Part shown: positions 37,538 to 45,480 of the stretch, piece by piece
How positions within the stretch are numbered: the first letter of the stretch is position 1
Layout: the number at the start of each line of letters is the position of its first letter
The notes under the pieces: model-generated
Seen by the model: the letters and a program-made list of their open reading frames with translations, nothing else
Database searches by the model: none
What the model was told of the DNA's origin: nothing
Translations under genes and position numbers: made by a program
Origin: an uncultured Eubacteriales bacterium
GTDB taxonomy: Bacteria; Acidobacteriota; Aminicenantia; Aminicenantales; Aminicenantaceae
DNA length: 64,000 bases
Direction of reading: 5' to 3'
Assembly: GCA_964538085.1 (NCBI GenBank)
Contig: CAZIDF010000004.1
Coordinates: 3,118 to 67,117, forward strand

Positions 37538-38206
37538 TTCGGCTATTTCTATCTCCCCACCACAATGATTTTTTACCATTTGGCCCAAATCCTTGGCAGT
37601 TTGTCTGATATCTTCTGCGGTCAATGGAGGAAGCCCTTCGCACACCAAAAGCACATCTTGAGTTTCTTCGGACATCTTCGTTTTTTCGCTCTCCCGCCAG
37701 TTCCAACGCCGGCATAAAACTTCCCTTTCGTCTGCATAGATCACTTCTCCCGCTCGGGCTTTTTGCATCTCCTTAGATCCCAGAGGAAAAAAAGGTTCCT
37801 CTCCCTTTGCAAACCTGAGAACGATGTCTCCCTCAACCTGTGCCAGATCATCCCCCCCGATAGGGACCATGTGTTTAAGGGAAACACAATTATAGATGTC
37901 CACCAGCGTGTTGATCGACCTCAGAACACTTCCCTCCAGGGTCATCCTGTAAAGGTTTTCCACCGAGCTTTGATGTTTTTTCGGCTTGGCGCCAAAAGCT
38001 TTATAGGCCTTCCTCCAATTCTGGATCTTCGGGCAATCTGCCAATGTCTCCTTATCGAAATCGCGTCTGATCTCTCCTTGGATCTTGTTGATCTTCTCCA
38101 GGACCTCTGGGCAATGTCCCCGATTGTCCACCTCCTTGGCATGCACAACACCGATTTGAAGATCTGGAAAAGTTCCAAAAATTCCAGGATCTATCTTGAA
38201 TTTCAA
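37505..38206 (-). CDS. B3/B4 tRNA-binding domain protein (PheT-related, stand-alone)
   Basis: 233 aa. The TTG start overlaps the decarboxylase stop (TTGA). The N-terminus KIDPGIFGTFPDLQIGVVHAKEV and the motifs NTLVDIYNCVSLKHMVPIGGDD match stand-alone B3_4 proteins as I recall them. Confidence 0.7.
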   Translation of the reverse strand: MKFKIDPGIFGTFPDLQIGVVHAKEVDNRGHCPEVLEKINKIQGEIRRDFDKETLADCPKIQNWRKAYKAFGAKPKKHQSSVENLYRMTLEGSVLRSINTLVDIYNCVSLKHMVPIGGDDLAQVEGDIVLRFAKGEEPFFPLGSKEMQKARAGEVIYADEREVLCRRWNWRESEKTKMSEETQDVLLVCEGLPPLTAEDIRQTAKDLGQMVKNHCGGEIEIAELGIASNEFEL

Positions 38207-39612
38207 GACAACAACTCTTCTGCTATCGTTTTGATCAGTTTCCAGGCTTCCCGCACATGCTTCTCTTCGGTCAACCTGGCCGCAATGGACATCCTCAATA
38301 CATATTTTCCCCTAAGCGATGTCTGGGTGAGGAACAATTTTCCTGTCCGGTTCAACCTCTCTAGAAATTCTTTATTCAACTCATTCAGCCGATCCTCATC
38401 ACGGCCGTCGTTAAGACGAAAACAGACCAAACTCACGGGCACAGGAGCCATTAGCTCGAATCGATCGTCCTGTTCCACCCACTCCTTGACCATCCCGGCC
38501 AACCGGATGTGCTCCCGTACGATCTTTTGAATTCCTTCCACCCCATAGGAACGGATCACGAACCAAAGCTTGAGCGCCCGGAAGCGCCGGCCCAATTGGA
38601 TGCCCCAGTCCCGATAATTTTTCACTTCGGCATCCACTCCGGTCTTGAGGTACGCGGGATGGACCTCGAAGGTCCGGATCAGAGCCCCTGAGTCCTTCAC
38701 AAAATAGGCCGAACAATCAAAATTCGTCATCATCCATTTGTGAGGATTGAACACAAAAGAATCCACATGTTCCACTCCATCCAGCATCCATTTTTTTTCG
38801 GGAAGAATAGCGGCAGTTCCGGAAAAAGCGGCATCCACATGGAACCACACGTTATGGCGACGGCAGATCTCTCCGATGGGGGCCAACGGATCCACCGCGG
38901 TGGAGGAAGTGGTGCCGACTGTTCCTATAACACAGGCGGGTTGAAATCCTTTATTTTTATCCTCGACGATGGACTCTTCGAGCTTTTCAGGAATCATGGC
39001 AAAACTATCATCGGTCGGAATAAGCCGGAGGTTTTTTTTGCCATATCCGGCGATTTTCACGCCCTTTTCGATGCTGGAATGTGTTTCTTCCGAAGCATAG
39101 ACCGTCAGAGTGTTCTGGATCCCCGCTAAATTAGCCTCAAAATCCGTCACTTTCTCTCTTGCCGTAAGAAGGGCGACAAGCGTGGCCGTGGAAGCCGTAT
39201 CCTGGATGACACCGGACATATCCTCTGGCAGTCCCAGCATTTGGCGCAGCCAGTCCAAAACGACCTCTTCCAATTCCGCGGCAGCAGGGGAGGTCTGCCA
39301 GACCATGCACTGCGCGCCAATCCCGGCCGTGAGCATTTCTGCCAGGATGGAAGGAGGGCTGTTGTTGGCAGGGAAGTAAGCGAACCAGGAAGGATGTTGC
39401 CAGTGCGTAATCCCAGGAAGGACGATGTCCTGAAAATCTTGAAAAACAGAATCCAAAGATTCCCCCTGGACTGGCGGTTTCTCCGGAAGTTTTTTGCGAA
39501 TATCTCCCGGATCGAGATGAGGTTTGACAGGAAGTTCTGCGATATTTTCAAAATAATCCACCAACCAGTCTACGCATCGATACCCATGGCGCCTAAAAGA
39601 TTCCTTGTCCAT
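38203..39612 (-). CDS. Pyridoxal-dependent group II decarboxylase (aromatic-L-amino-acid / tyrosine decarboxylase-like)
   Basis: The start was trimmed from 39753 to the ATG at 39612, which has GGAG 8 nt upstream. The N-terminus MDKESFRRHGYRCVDWLVDYF is typical of the family. It has HWQHPSWFAYFP and the PLP-Lys motif FNPHKWM. Confidence 0.88.
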   Translation of the reverse strand: MDKESFRRHGYRCVDWLVDYFENIAELPVKPHLDPGDIRKKLPEKPPVQGESLDSVFQDFQDIVLPGITHWQHPSWFAYFPANNSPPSILAEMLTAGIGAQCMVWQTSPAAAELEEVVLDWLRQMLGLPEDMSGVIQDTASTATLVALLTAREKVTDFEANLAGIQNTLTVYASEETHSSIEKGVKIAGYGKKNLRLIPTDDSFAMIPEKLEESIVEDKNKGFQPACVIGTVGTTSSTAVDPLAPIGEICRRHNVWFHVDAAFSGTAAILPEKKWMLDGVEHVDSFVFNPHKWMMTNFDCSAYFVKDSGALIRTFEVHPAYLKTGVDAEVKNYRDWGIQLGRRFRALKLWFVIRSYGVEGIQKIVREHIRLAGMVKEWVEQDDRFELMAPVPVSLVCFRLNDGRDEDRLNELNKEFLERLNRTGKLFLTQTSLRGKYVLRMSIAARLTEEKHVREAWKLIKTIAEELLS

Positions 39613-39782
39613 AATGTTACTCCTTTGGATCTCTCGCCTCATTCTAAAAAAAATCCTTATTCCAGTCAAAGTCGTGTTTTTTTTATTCCCGTCAAAAATC
39701 GGACAGAAAAGCCTATTTTCAGGCACAATATGTGTTTTTGTCCAAGCAAACATAACACTTTAAAAAAAAATAAAAATAATCG

Positions 39783-39812
39783 TTGAATTTTCCTTTCTTT
39801 TTGTGATATAAT
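39783..39812 (+). promoter_or_regulatory. Strong sigma70-like promoter in the long intergenic region
   Basis: TTGAAT (39783-39788), an 18-nt spacer, then TATAAT (39807-39812) with an upstream TG (TGATATAAT). No ORF of any length follows for about 700 nt. Confidence 0.5.
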
Positions 39813-40187
39813 AATAGAAAGGTTTCCAAAAGGGGTCAAATAAATTTAAGTTTCCAGGTTTTTTTGTCTAATTTCTTTCCTTTCAAGCAATTATATGCAC
39901 ACTCCTTTTTAAGACCTGTCTTTTCCATTATTCTTTTTTTGAAAAAACCGGTCTTCCCTTCCCTTTCCCGGTCCAGTTTTTCAGTGTTTTTCCAAAAAAG
40001 ATAAAACCAGTCGTGATTTTTTTCAAATTCAGCAACTTTTTATCCAAAACACGCGTATATATATATGGAATGACAAAAACGATGAAAAAAGCGAGAGAAC
40101 AACGAACAAGAAACTCCCTCCTTTTTTTCCCTCCTTTTAGCGAAGGATTTCACATAGATCCCTTAACCTCTTAATCCATCCCCTCAA

Positions 40188-40245
40188 AGGCTGCCGATTC
40201 CACCATCAGGTAGAAGGCAGCCTCTCTATTTATTCCCCTTTTTTT
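40188..40245 (+). terminator. Long imperfect hairpin followed by a T-rich tract (terminator-like)
   Basis: AGGCTGCC (40188-40195) pairs with GGCAGCCT (40216-40223). An inner stem pairs TTCCACC with GGTAGAA, with one mismatch and loop ATCA. The tract TCTCTATTTATT....TTTTTTT follows. The longest T-run is not directly adjacent to the stem. Confidence 0.35.
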
Positions 40246-40289
40246 ATGGGAAAAATTGTGTTATCCTGCATTCGTCTTTGACATGTGAA

Positions 40290-40445
40290 TTTGAACGGCT
40301 TATCGGGCAGGGAAGTCCGTGAAAGACGGACACAGCCCCCGCTACTGTAATCGGGGACAAATTCCAGACTAGCCACTGTTCTCTCCTCGAGGGAATGGGA
40401 AGGCCTGGAAGAAGGACGATCCGAGAGTCAGGAGACCTCCCATAA
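40290..40445 (+). promoter_or_regulatory. Cobalamin (B12) riboswitch
   Basis: The conserved core is CAGGGAAGTCCGTGAAAGACGGAC...GCCCCCGCTACTGTAA (40308-40350). The B12 box is GAGTCAGGAGACCTCCC (40425-41). It lies directly upstream of a TonB-dependent receptor. The boundaries are approximate. Confidence 0.85.
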
Positions 40446-40454
40446 GCTGACAAT

Positions 40455-40491
40455 GCCCATCTTCGGGAGGAAGGTCGGGTCGATTTTTTTT
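40455..40491 (+). terminator. Possible riboswitch expression-platform terminator
   Basis: A short GC-rich interrupted stem (CCC-AT-CTTC / GAAG-GTC-GGG) is followed by TCGA and T8 (40484-40491). The GGGAGG at 40465-70 could alternatively pair with the CCTCCC at the end of the B12 box. Confidence 0.3.
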
Positions 40492-40530
40492 GCTAAACAA
40501 ACCGGGGGCAAAAGTTCAAGGAGGATATCC

Positions 40531-42477
40531 ATGTGGAATCAAATTCTCGCCTTTGTCCTCATCGCCACACTCCCACCGTTTGGGTTGCTAACCGAAAAAG
40601 AAGAGACACAAAAGACCGATCTCAGGCATGAGATCATCGTCACCGCCAGTCGGATCGCTACACCTGCAAAAGAAATTGCAACCTCAGTCACAGTCATCAC
40701 AAAAGCAGAATTGGAGCAGACGAAAAAAACATTCATCCTCGAGGCGCTCCAGCAGGTCCTGGGAGTATCCATCCTCCAATCTGGACCTCTTGGCAGTTCG
40801 GCATCCGTTATGCTTCGGGGAGCCAACTCCGAGCATACACTTGTGATGATAGACGGAGTCGAGGTCAATGATCCCATCACTCCCAGCCGGACCTATGATT
40901 TCTCACATATCAGCGTGGAGGGCATCGAACGTGTCGAAATCCTCCGGGGTCCCCAAAGTCCCCTTTACGGTTCCGATGCCATGGCCGGAGTGATCAACAT
41001 CATCACGCAAAAAGGCGAGGGGAAACCTCGGTTTCATCTTTCCTCCTTCGGAGGCTCCTACGGAACATTTTCCGGCTCTGCCGGATTGACCGGAAGCATG
41101 GAAAAACTTCACTATTCCTTTTGGGCATCGACCTTAACATCCCAAGGTTTTTCAGCGGCCAATGCCGCCCTCGAAGGAAATAGCGAAGCGGATGGATACA
41201 AAAATCTTTCCCTGTCTGCCAGAGCAGGCTACAAAGCTTCCGATAATATCGATCTGGATTTTTCAGCCCGGTTCATCGGCACTCAGTCCGATATCGACAA
41301 TTACGGGAGCGCCTTCGGAGACGATCCCAACAACACCCAGACATATGATACGTTCTATTTAAAGGGACATATCCGAGGGCTTTTCCTCAAAAACAGATGG
41401 GAACAAAAATTAACTCTCTCCCATGTTCACTCTAACAGAAAAACAGACAATCCCACGGATGAGCAACATCCGTTCGATGCAGACCGTTCACGCTACAAAA
41501 GCCGTTTGACCGAACTGGACTGGCAGAACAACCTTTTTCTGCACAAGTCCCACACCTTGACTTTCGGTGCAGAATACCAGCAAGAACAAGGAGAATCCAG
41601 CTATTCCTCTGAGAGTATTTGGGGACCTTCCACAAGCTTTTTTCCGCCTAAAAAAGCCCACAACTCAGGGATCTACATCCAGGATCAAATGAGATTGGCA
41701 GGAGTGTTTTTTCTGACGACAGGAATTCGGCTGGATTCCCACAGCCAATCCGGCCGTTCGACAACTTACAGGATCGCACCAGCTTTTTTCATCCAACAGA
41801 CAAACACCAAGCTGAAAGCAACCTTTGGATCAGGATTCAAATCCCCTTCCCTCTACCAGCTCTATGCTCCGGCAAATATCTGGGGACCTATCGGGAACGA
41901 AAACCTCATACCCGAAGAGACAAACAGCTGGGACGCAGGGATCGAGCAGGATCTTTGGGATGGAAAAGTCCATCTAGGCGGAACCTACTTCTCCAGCCGC
42001 TTCGAAAACCTCATCGAATACGACTATACCCGAGGCTACATCAACATAACCAAGGCATCTTCGAAGGGGGTGGAATTTTTTTTCGAACTGACTCCTGCCG
42101 AAAATCTCGCCCTTTCCGCCTCATACTCCCATACAGTGGCAAAAGACCTGGATACGGATGAAGCACTCCTAAGAAGGCCGAAAGAAAAGTTCACGGCCAA
42201 TCTGAATTTCGGATTTTTAGTCAAAGGGCGTTTTGTACTTACTTTAACCCATCTCGGGGCAAGGGAGGACATGGAATGGATCGATTGGATTGCGGCCAGA
42301 GTTCAGATGGACCCCTTCACCCTGCTTGACGCAGCCATATCCTGGGATATTCTCCCAAATTTACAACTTTACCTCCGCGTGGAAAACGTCCTGGATCAAC
42401 AGCACGAATGGATCAAAGGCTACGGAACACCCGGGCTCTCCGCTTACGGAGGATTTAAAACTAACTTTAAACCCTAA
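40531..42477 (+). CDS. TonB-dependent receptor (BtuB-like by context)
   Basis: The start was moved to the ATG at 40531, preceded by AAGGAGGA. It has a signal-like N-terminus, a plug motif EIIVTASRIATP, and a C-terminal aromatic-ended beta-barrel. Confidence 0.88.
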   Translation: MWNQILAFVLIATLPPFGLLTEKEETQKTDLRHEIIVTASRIATPAKEIATSVTVITKAELEQTKKTFILEALQQVLGVSILQSGPLGSSASVMLRGANSEHTLVMIDGVEVNDPITPSRTYDFSHISVEGIERVEILRGPQSPLYGSDAMAGVINIITQKGEGKPRFHLSSFGGSYGTFSGSAGLTGSMEKLHYSFWASTLTSQGFSAANAALEGNSEADGYKNLSLSARAGYKASDNIDLDFSARFIGTQSDIDNYGSAFGDDPNNTQTYDTFYLKGHIRGLFLKNRWEQKLTLSHVHSNRKTDNPTDEQHPFDADRSRYKSRLTELDWQNNLFLHKSHTLTFGAEYQQEQGESSYSSESIWGPSTSFFPPKKAHNSGIYIQDQMRLAGVFFLTTGIRLDSHSQSGRSTTYRIAPAFFIQQTNTKLKATFGSGFKSPSLYQLYAPANIWGPIGNENLIPEETNSWDAGIEQDLWDGKVHLGGTYFSSRFENLIEYDYTRGYINITKASSKGVEFFFELTPAENLALSASYSHTVAKDLDTDEALLRRPKEKFTANLNFGFLVKGRFVLTLTHLGAREDMEWIDWIAARVQMDPFTLLDAAISWDILPNLQLYLRVENVLDQQHEWIKGYGTPGLSAYGGFKTNFKP

Positions 42478-42483
42478 TACTAT

Positions 42484-42513
42484 TTGACATTTTCCCCTTC
42501 ATTCCCTTATATT
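42484..42513 (+). promoter_or_regulatory. Candidate sigma70-type promoter for the small-ORF / RND efflux operon
   Basis: TTGACA (42484-42489), an 18-nt spacer, then TATATT (42508-42513), immediately after the receptor stop codon. Confidence 0.45.
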
Positions 42514-42531
42514 ATTGCCTCAAAGGGTTTT

Positions 42532-42810
42532 ATGGCTAAGTCCCACAGAAATCAGTTCAACATCGCTTTCCTGTTCCTCTTCCTGTTCCTCACGCTGACA
42601 ATCAACTATTTTCACACAGAAGTGACGCTCAAAAGGAGCGAAAATTGTCCGGCTTGCCAATTTCAACATTCCACGTTGATGACCGCTCAGATCCATTTTT
42701 TCCATCTCCCCCAGCTTTTGCCACTTGAATCGCTTCAAATTTTCGAAACCTCTGCTCTTTGTCAATTCTTTTTTATCAAACCTTCTTCCCGGTCACCTCC
42801 TCACTCCTGA
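42532..42810 (+). CDS. Small membrane-anchored protein with CPAC motif
   Basis: 92 aa counted from the ATG at 42532 (the ORF-track start at 42484 is a TTG). It has one hydrophobic helix (FNIAFLFLFLFLTLTINYF), then HTE....NCPACQFQH. I cannot name a family. Confidence 0.45.
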   Translation: MAKSHRNQFNIAFLFLFLFLTLTINYFHTEVTLKRSENCPACQFQHSTLMTAQIHFFHLPQLLPLESLQIFETSALCQFFFIKPSSRSPPHS

Positions 42811-42880
42811 TTCACTCTCCTTTCAAAGCCGAGAAGCCTCCCTTCTCCGGCAATCCAAACCCTTATAAAGAGGAGGTCGA

Positions 42881-44146
42881 ATGACAGCAAAAAGAAAAGC
42901 AGCCACCATATTATGCATCATACTGTGTTTCCCGATTTTTCTGTTGGCCCAAACAATCGAGGAAGGTTTGCTCACCTTGGACCAATGCATCTCCATCGCA
43001 ATAGAAAAAAATCCACTCGTTTTGTCCTCGATGCAGCAGTACAACGCTTCCTTGGCCAGGATTAGCCAGGCAAAGGCATTGGCTCAGCCATCACTCAATT
43101 GGGATTCGGACCTTCAACCAAAACTTTTTCAGTTCGGGAACTCTGGGGAATGGTATTTTGGGATCAGTCAAGCCTTGGAATTCCCCGGCAAAAGAAGCAT
43201 TCGAGGAAAAATTGCGTCCAAACAAGCAAGCGAACTTCTCCAAGACATGGAACTCCTCAAATTGGACATCGTCTTTCAGGTAAAACAAGCCTTCTACAAT
43301 CTTCTCCTTTCCGAAGAAAAGCTCAAATATGCCCAGCAAAACCTTCAACTAGCTGAAGATTTTTTGCAAAAAGCGGAACTAAAATACGAAGCCGGTGATG
43401 TGGCCAAGGTCGAAGCCCTAAGAGCAAGAGTGGAATCCTCTAAAGCTGCCAACGAAGTGCGTTCGGCAGCGAACGATGTTCGACTGGCCAAAGCCATGCT
43501 GAATTTTTTACTGGCGCGCAAAAAATATTCTCCCATCGAAATTCAGGGCAATCTCAAGAGGGCTCCGATCGACTTGAATGAAGATGAACTGATCACCAGG
43601 GCCTTGGCCTTCCGCCCGGAGGTCAAAAAGATCGATTTGGGACTGGAACGAGAAAATCTCACTAAAAAACAAGGCTACATGAGCTATTTGCCCGATTTCG
43701 ATTTGGGCGTCAACAAGCACCGCATCCTAGGAGAAAGAGACTTTTGGGATTTCACCTTGTCCTTCCCGATACCTCTTTTCTTTTGGCAACCCAAAAAAGG
43801 GAAGATAGCTGAAGCGGAGGCAAACATCCTGGCCCTCAATAGGGAGGCCGAACATCTGCAAAACGCCATAACTCTTGAGGTGGGAGAGGCCTACATGAAT
43901 GCGGTTACAGTCAATAACCAGATTCGTCTGTTCGAAGAGGAGATACTTGCTCAAGCCGAAGAGGTGTACAACATGTTTCTTTTCAGCTACCAGGAAGGTG
44001 AAATAGGCGGAATCGAATTGATCGAGGCAAGACGCACGTTGATCGAGGCAAGAACATCTTATGCCGACGCCCTGTTCAACTATGACGTGGCCATCGCAGC
44101 CCTGGAAAAATCCATCGGACAAAAACTAGAAGGAGACGGACAATGA
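42881..44146 (+). CDS. TolC-family outer membrane efflux protein (CzcC/CusC-like)
   Basis: 421 aa, preceded by the SD AGGAGG. It has a signal-like N-terminus and the duplicated coiled-coil/OEP architecture. Confidence 0.88.
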   Translation: MTAKRKAATILCIILCFPIFLLAQTIEEGLLTLDQCISIAIEKNPLVLSSMQQYNASLARISQAKALAQPSLNWDSDLQPKLFQFGNSGEWYFGISQALEFPGKRSIRGKIASKQASELLQDMELLKLDIVFQVKQAFYNLLLSEEKLKYAQQNLQLAEDFLQKAELKYEAGDVAKVEALRARVESSKAANEVRSAANDVRLAKAMLNFLLARKKYSPIEIQGNLKRAPIDLNEDELITRALAFRPEVKKIDLGLERENLTKKQGYMSYLPDFDLGVNKHRILGERDFWDFTLSFPIPLFFWQPKKGKIAEAEANILALNREAEHLQNAITLEVGEAYMNAVTVNNQIRLFEEEILAQAEEVYNMFLFSYQEGEIGGIELIEARRTLIEARTSYADALFNYDVAIAALEKSIGQKLEGDGQ

Positions 44147-45447
44147 GAAAAGAGATTATCCGTGTTTTGATGATAATATTGGTGATCACTCTCGGGATAT
44201 CATGCCGAGAAGGACGAAACCATGCAGAAAATGCCGGGCAAGAGATTTCCCAAACACAAAACGAGAATTCCCAAAAACTCCAACAGCCTCTGGGCAGAGG
44301 GAGAGGACAGCAAAAAAGACAGGCGGTTGGCCAGGGATTCGGCAAAAGAGGCGCGAACAGAAATGCAAAAAGAGCCTGGGGCCCGGATACGGTTGTGGAA
44401 TTATCCACAGAAGAAGAAAGCGCCGTCGACATACAGACGGTTCAAGCCTCCTTCAAACCCCTCCAGTCTCAACTTCAAGCCTTGGGAAAAGTCTTTGCCC
44501 ATCCCCAAAAAAAGGCCATCGTCAGCTACCCCTTTTCTGCTCGAATCGCCGAAATCCATGTCATCCTGGGAGACTGGGTCAATCCCGGACAAAAGCTCGT
44601 CACCCTCCAAAGCGAAGAGGTGGGATCGGCCAAATCGGAATTCTATAAAACAATGGCGGATTACGAGTTGGCGAAGGTGAATCATGAGCGACAAAAGAGA
44701 CTTTATGACCGAGGAGTCGGCGCACAAAAGGATTTTCTTTCCAGTGAGGCAGAGTATAAGGTGGCAGAGGCCAACCTGAACGCAGCCGAAAAAAAACTCC
44801 ACTTGTTGGGATTTTCAGAAGAACAAGTCAAATCTATTGCTGAGACACACCAGATCAATCCGATCATCACGCTGTATGCACCGATACGCGGCAAGATCAT
44901 CGAACACAATGCCATCCTTGGCGCCATGGTCGACCAGGAAACAGAAATACTGACCATCATGGATCCTTCTGTGCTTTGCATCCATGCCGATATCTATGAA
45001 AGAGATATCGCGAAGATTCGGATCGGACAGGAGGTGGAAGCCACGGTTCCCGCCTATCCAGGAGAAACCTTCAAAGGGAAAATCAGCTTCATCGGCGATG
45101 TGTTGAACGAAGAAACCCGGACCATTACCGTGCGTTCTGATGTCGAAAACAGGGAATATAAGCTTAAGCCCGGTATGTTTGCCGATATCAATATCTTGCT
45201 AAACCACCAAAGCGATGTCCTCGTTCTTCCATTGGAAGCAATCCTGGACGAAGGAGACGATAACATCGTTTTTCTCAAGGTCGATGGGAAATACATACCA
45301 AAGATCATTAAAACCGGGATCCGCAACGGAGGTTTTGTGGAAATCCTGGGTGGCATCGAGGAAGGCGCTGAGGTCGTGACCATCGGAAATTTCCAGCTCA
45401 AATCCAAACTTTATGACGAAATCCTGAAAAAAGCCGGCATCCATTGA
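44143..45447 (+). CDS. Efflux RND periplasmic adaptor (MFP/HlyD family)
   Basis: 434 aa with an ATGA overlap to the OMP gene. It has lipoyl/hairpin/beta-barrel motifs (VSYPFSARIAEIHV..GDWVNPGQKL, LYAPIRGKI). The N-terminal roughly 90 aa are low complexity and rich in R, G, Q and K. Confidence 0.88.
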   Translation: MRKEIIRVLMIILVITLGISCREGRNHAENAGQEISQTQNENSQKLQQPLGRGRGQQKRQAVGQGFGKRGANRNAKRAWGPDTVVELSTEEESAVDIQTVQASFKPLQSQLQALGKVFAHPQKKAIVSYPFSARIAEIHVILGDWVNPGQKLVTLQSEEVGSAKSEFYKTMADYELAKVNHERQKRLYDRGVGAQKDFLSSEAEYKVAEANLNAAEKKLHLLGFSEEQVKSIAETHQINPIITLYAPIRGKIIEHNAILGAMVDQETEILTIMDPSVLCIHADIYERDIAKIRIGQEVEATVPAYPGETFKGKISFIGDVLNEETRTITVRSDVENREYKLKPGMFADINILLNHQSDVLVLPLEAILDEGDDNIVFLKVDGKYIPKIIKTGIRNGGFVEILGGIEEGAEVVTIGNFQLKSKLYDEILKKAGIH

Positions 45448-45480
45448 TGCGGGTCTCTTTTGAACAACGGAGAAAAAAGA

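Noticed and set aside
40070-40174. 34-codon ORF (MTKTMKKAREQRTRNSLLFFPPFSEGFHIDPLTS) upstream of the terminator-like hairpin.
   Set aside because: It has no SD and a low-complexity composition. Evidence is insufficient to call it a gene. The region is reported as a candidate non-coding transcript instead.
40278-40306. TTGACA at 40278-40283 as the riboswitch promoter.
   Set aside because: The best -10 at 17-nt spacing is TATCGG. A start there would also truncate the 5' part of the riboswitch, so it is not convincing.
40244-40453. 69-aa minus-strand ORF.
   Set aside because: It coincides with the cobalamin riboswitch, and its conserved nucleotides are explained by the RNA element.
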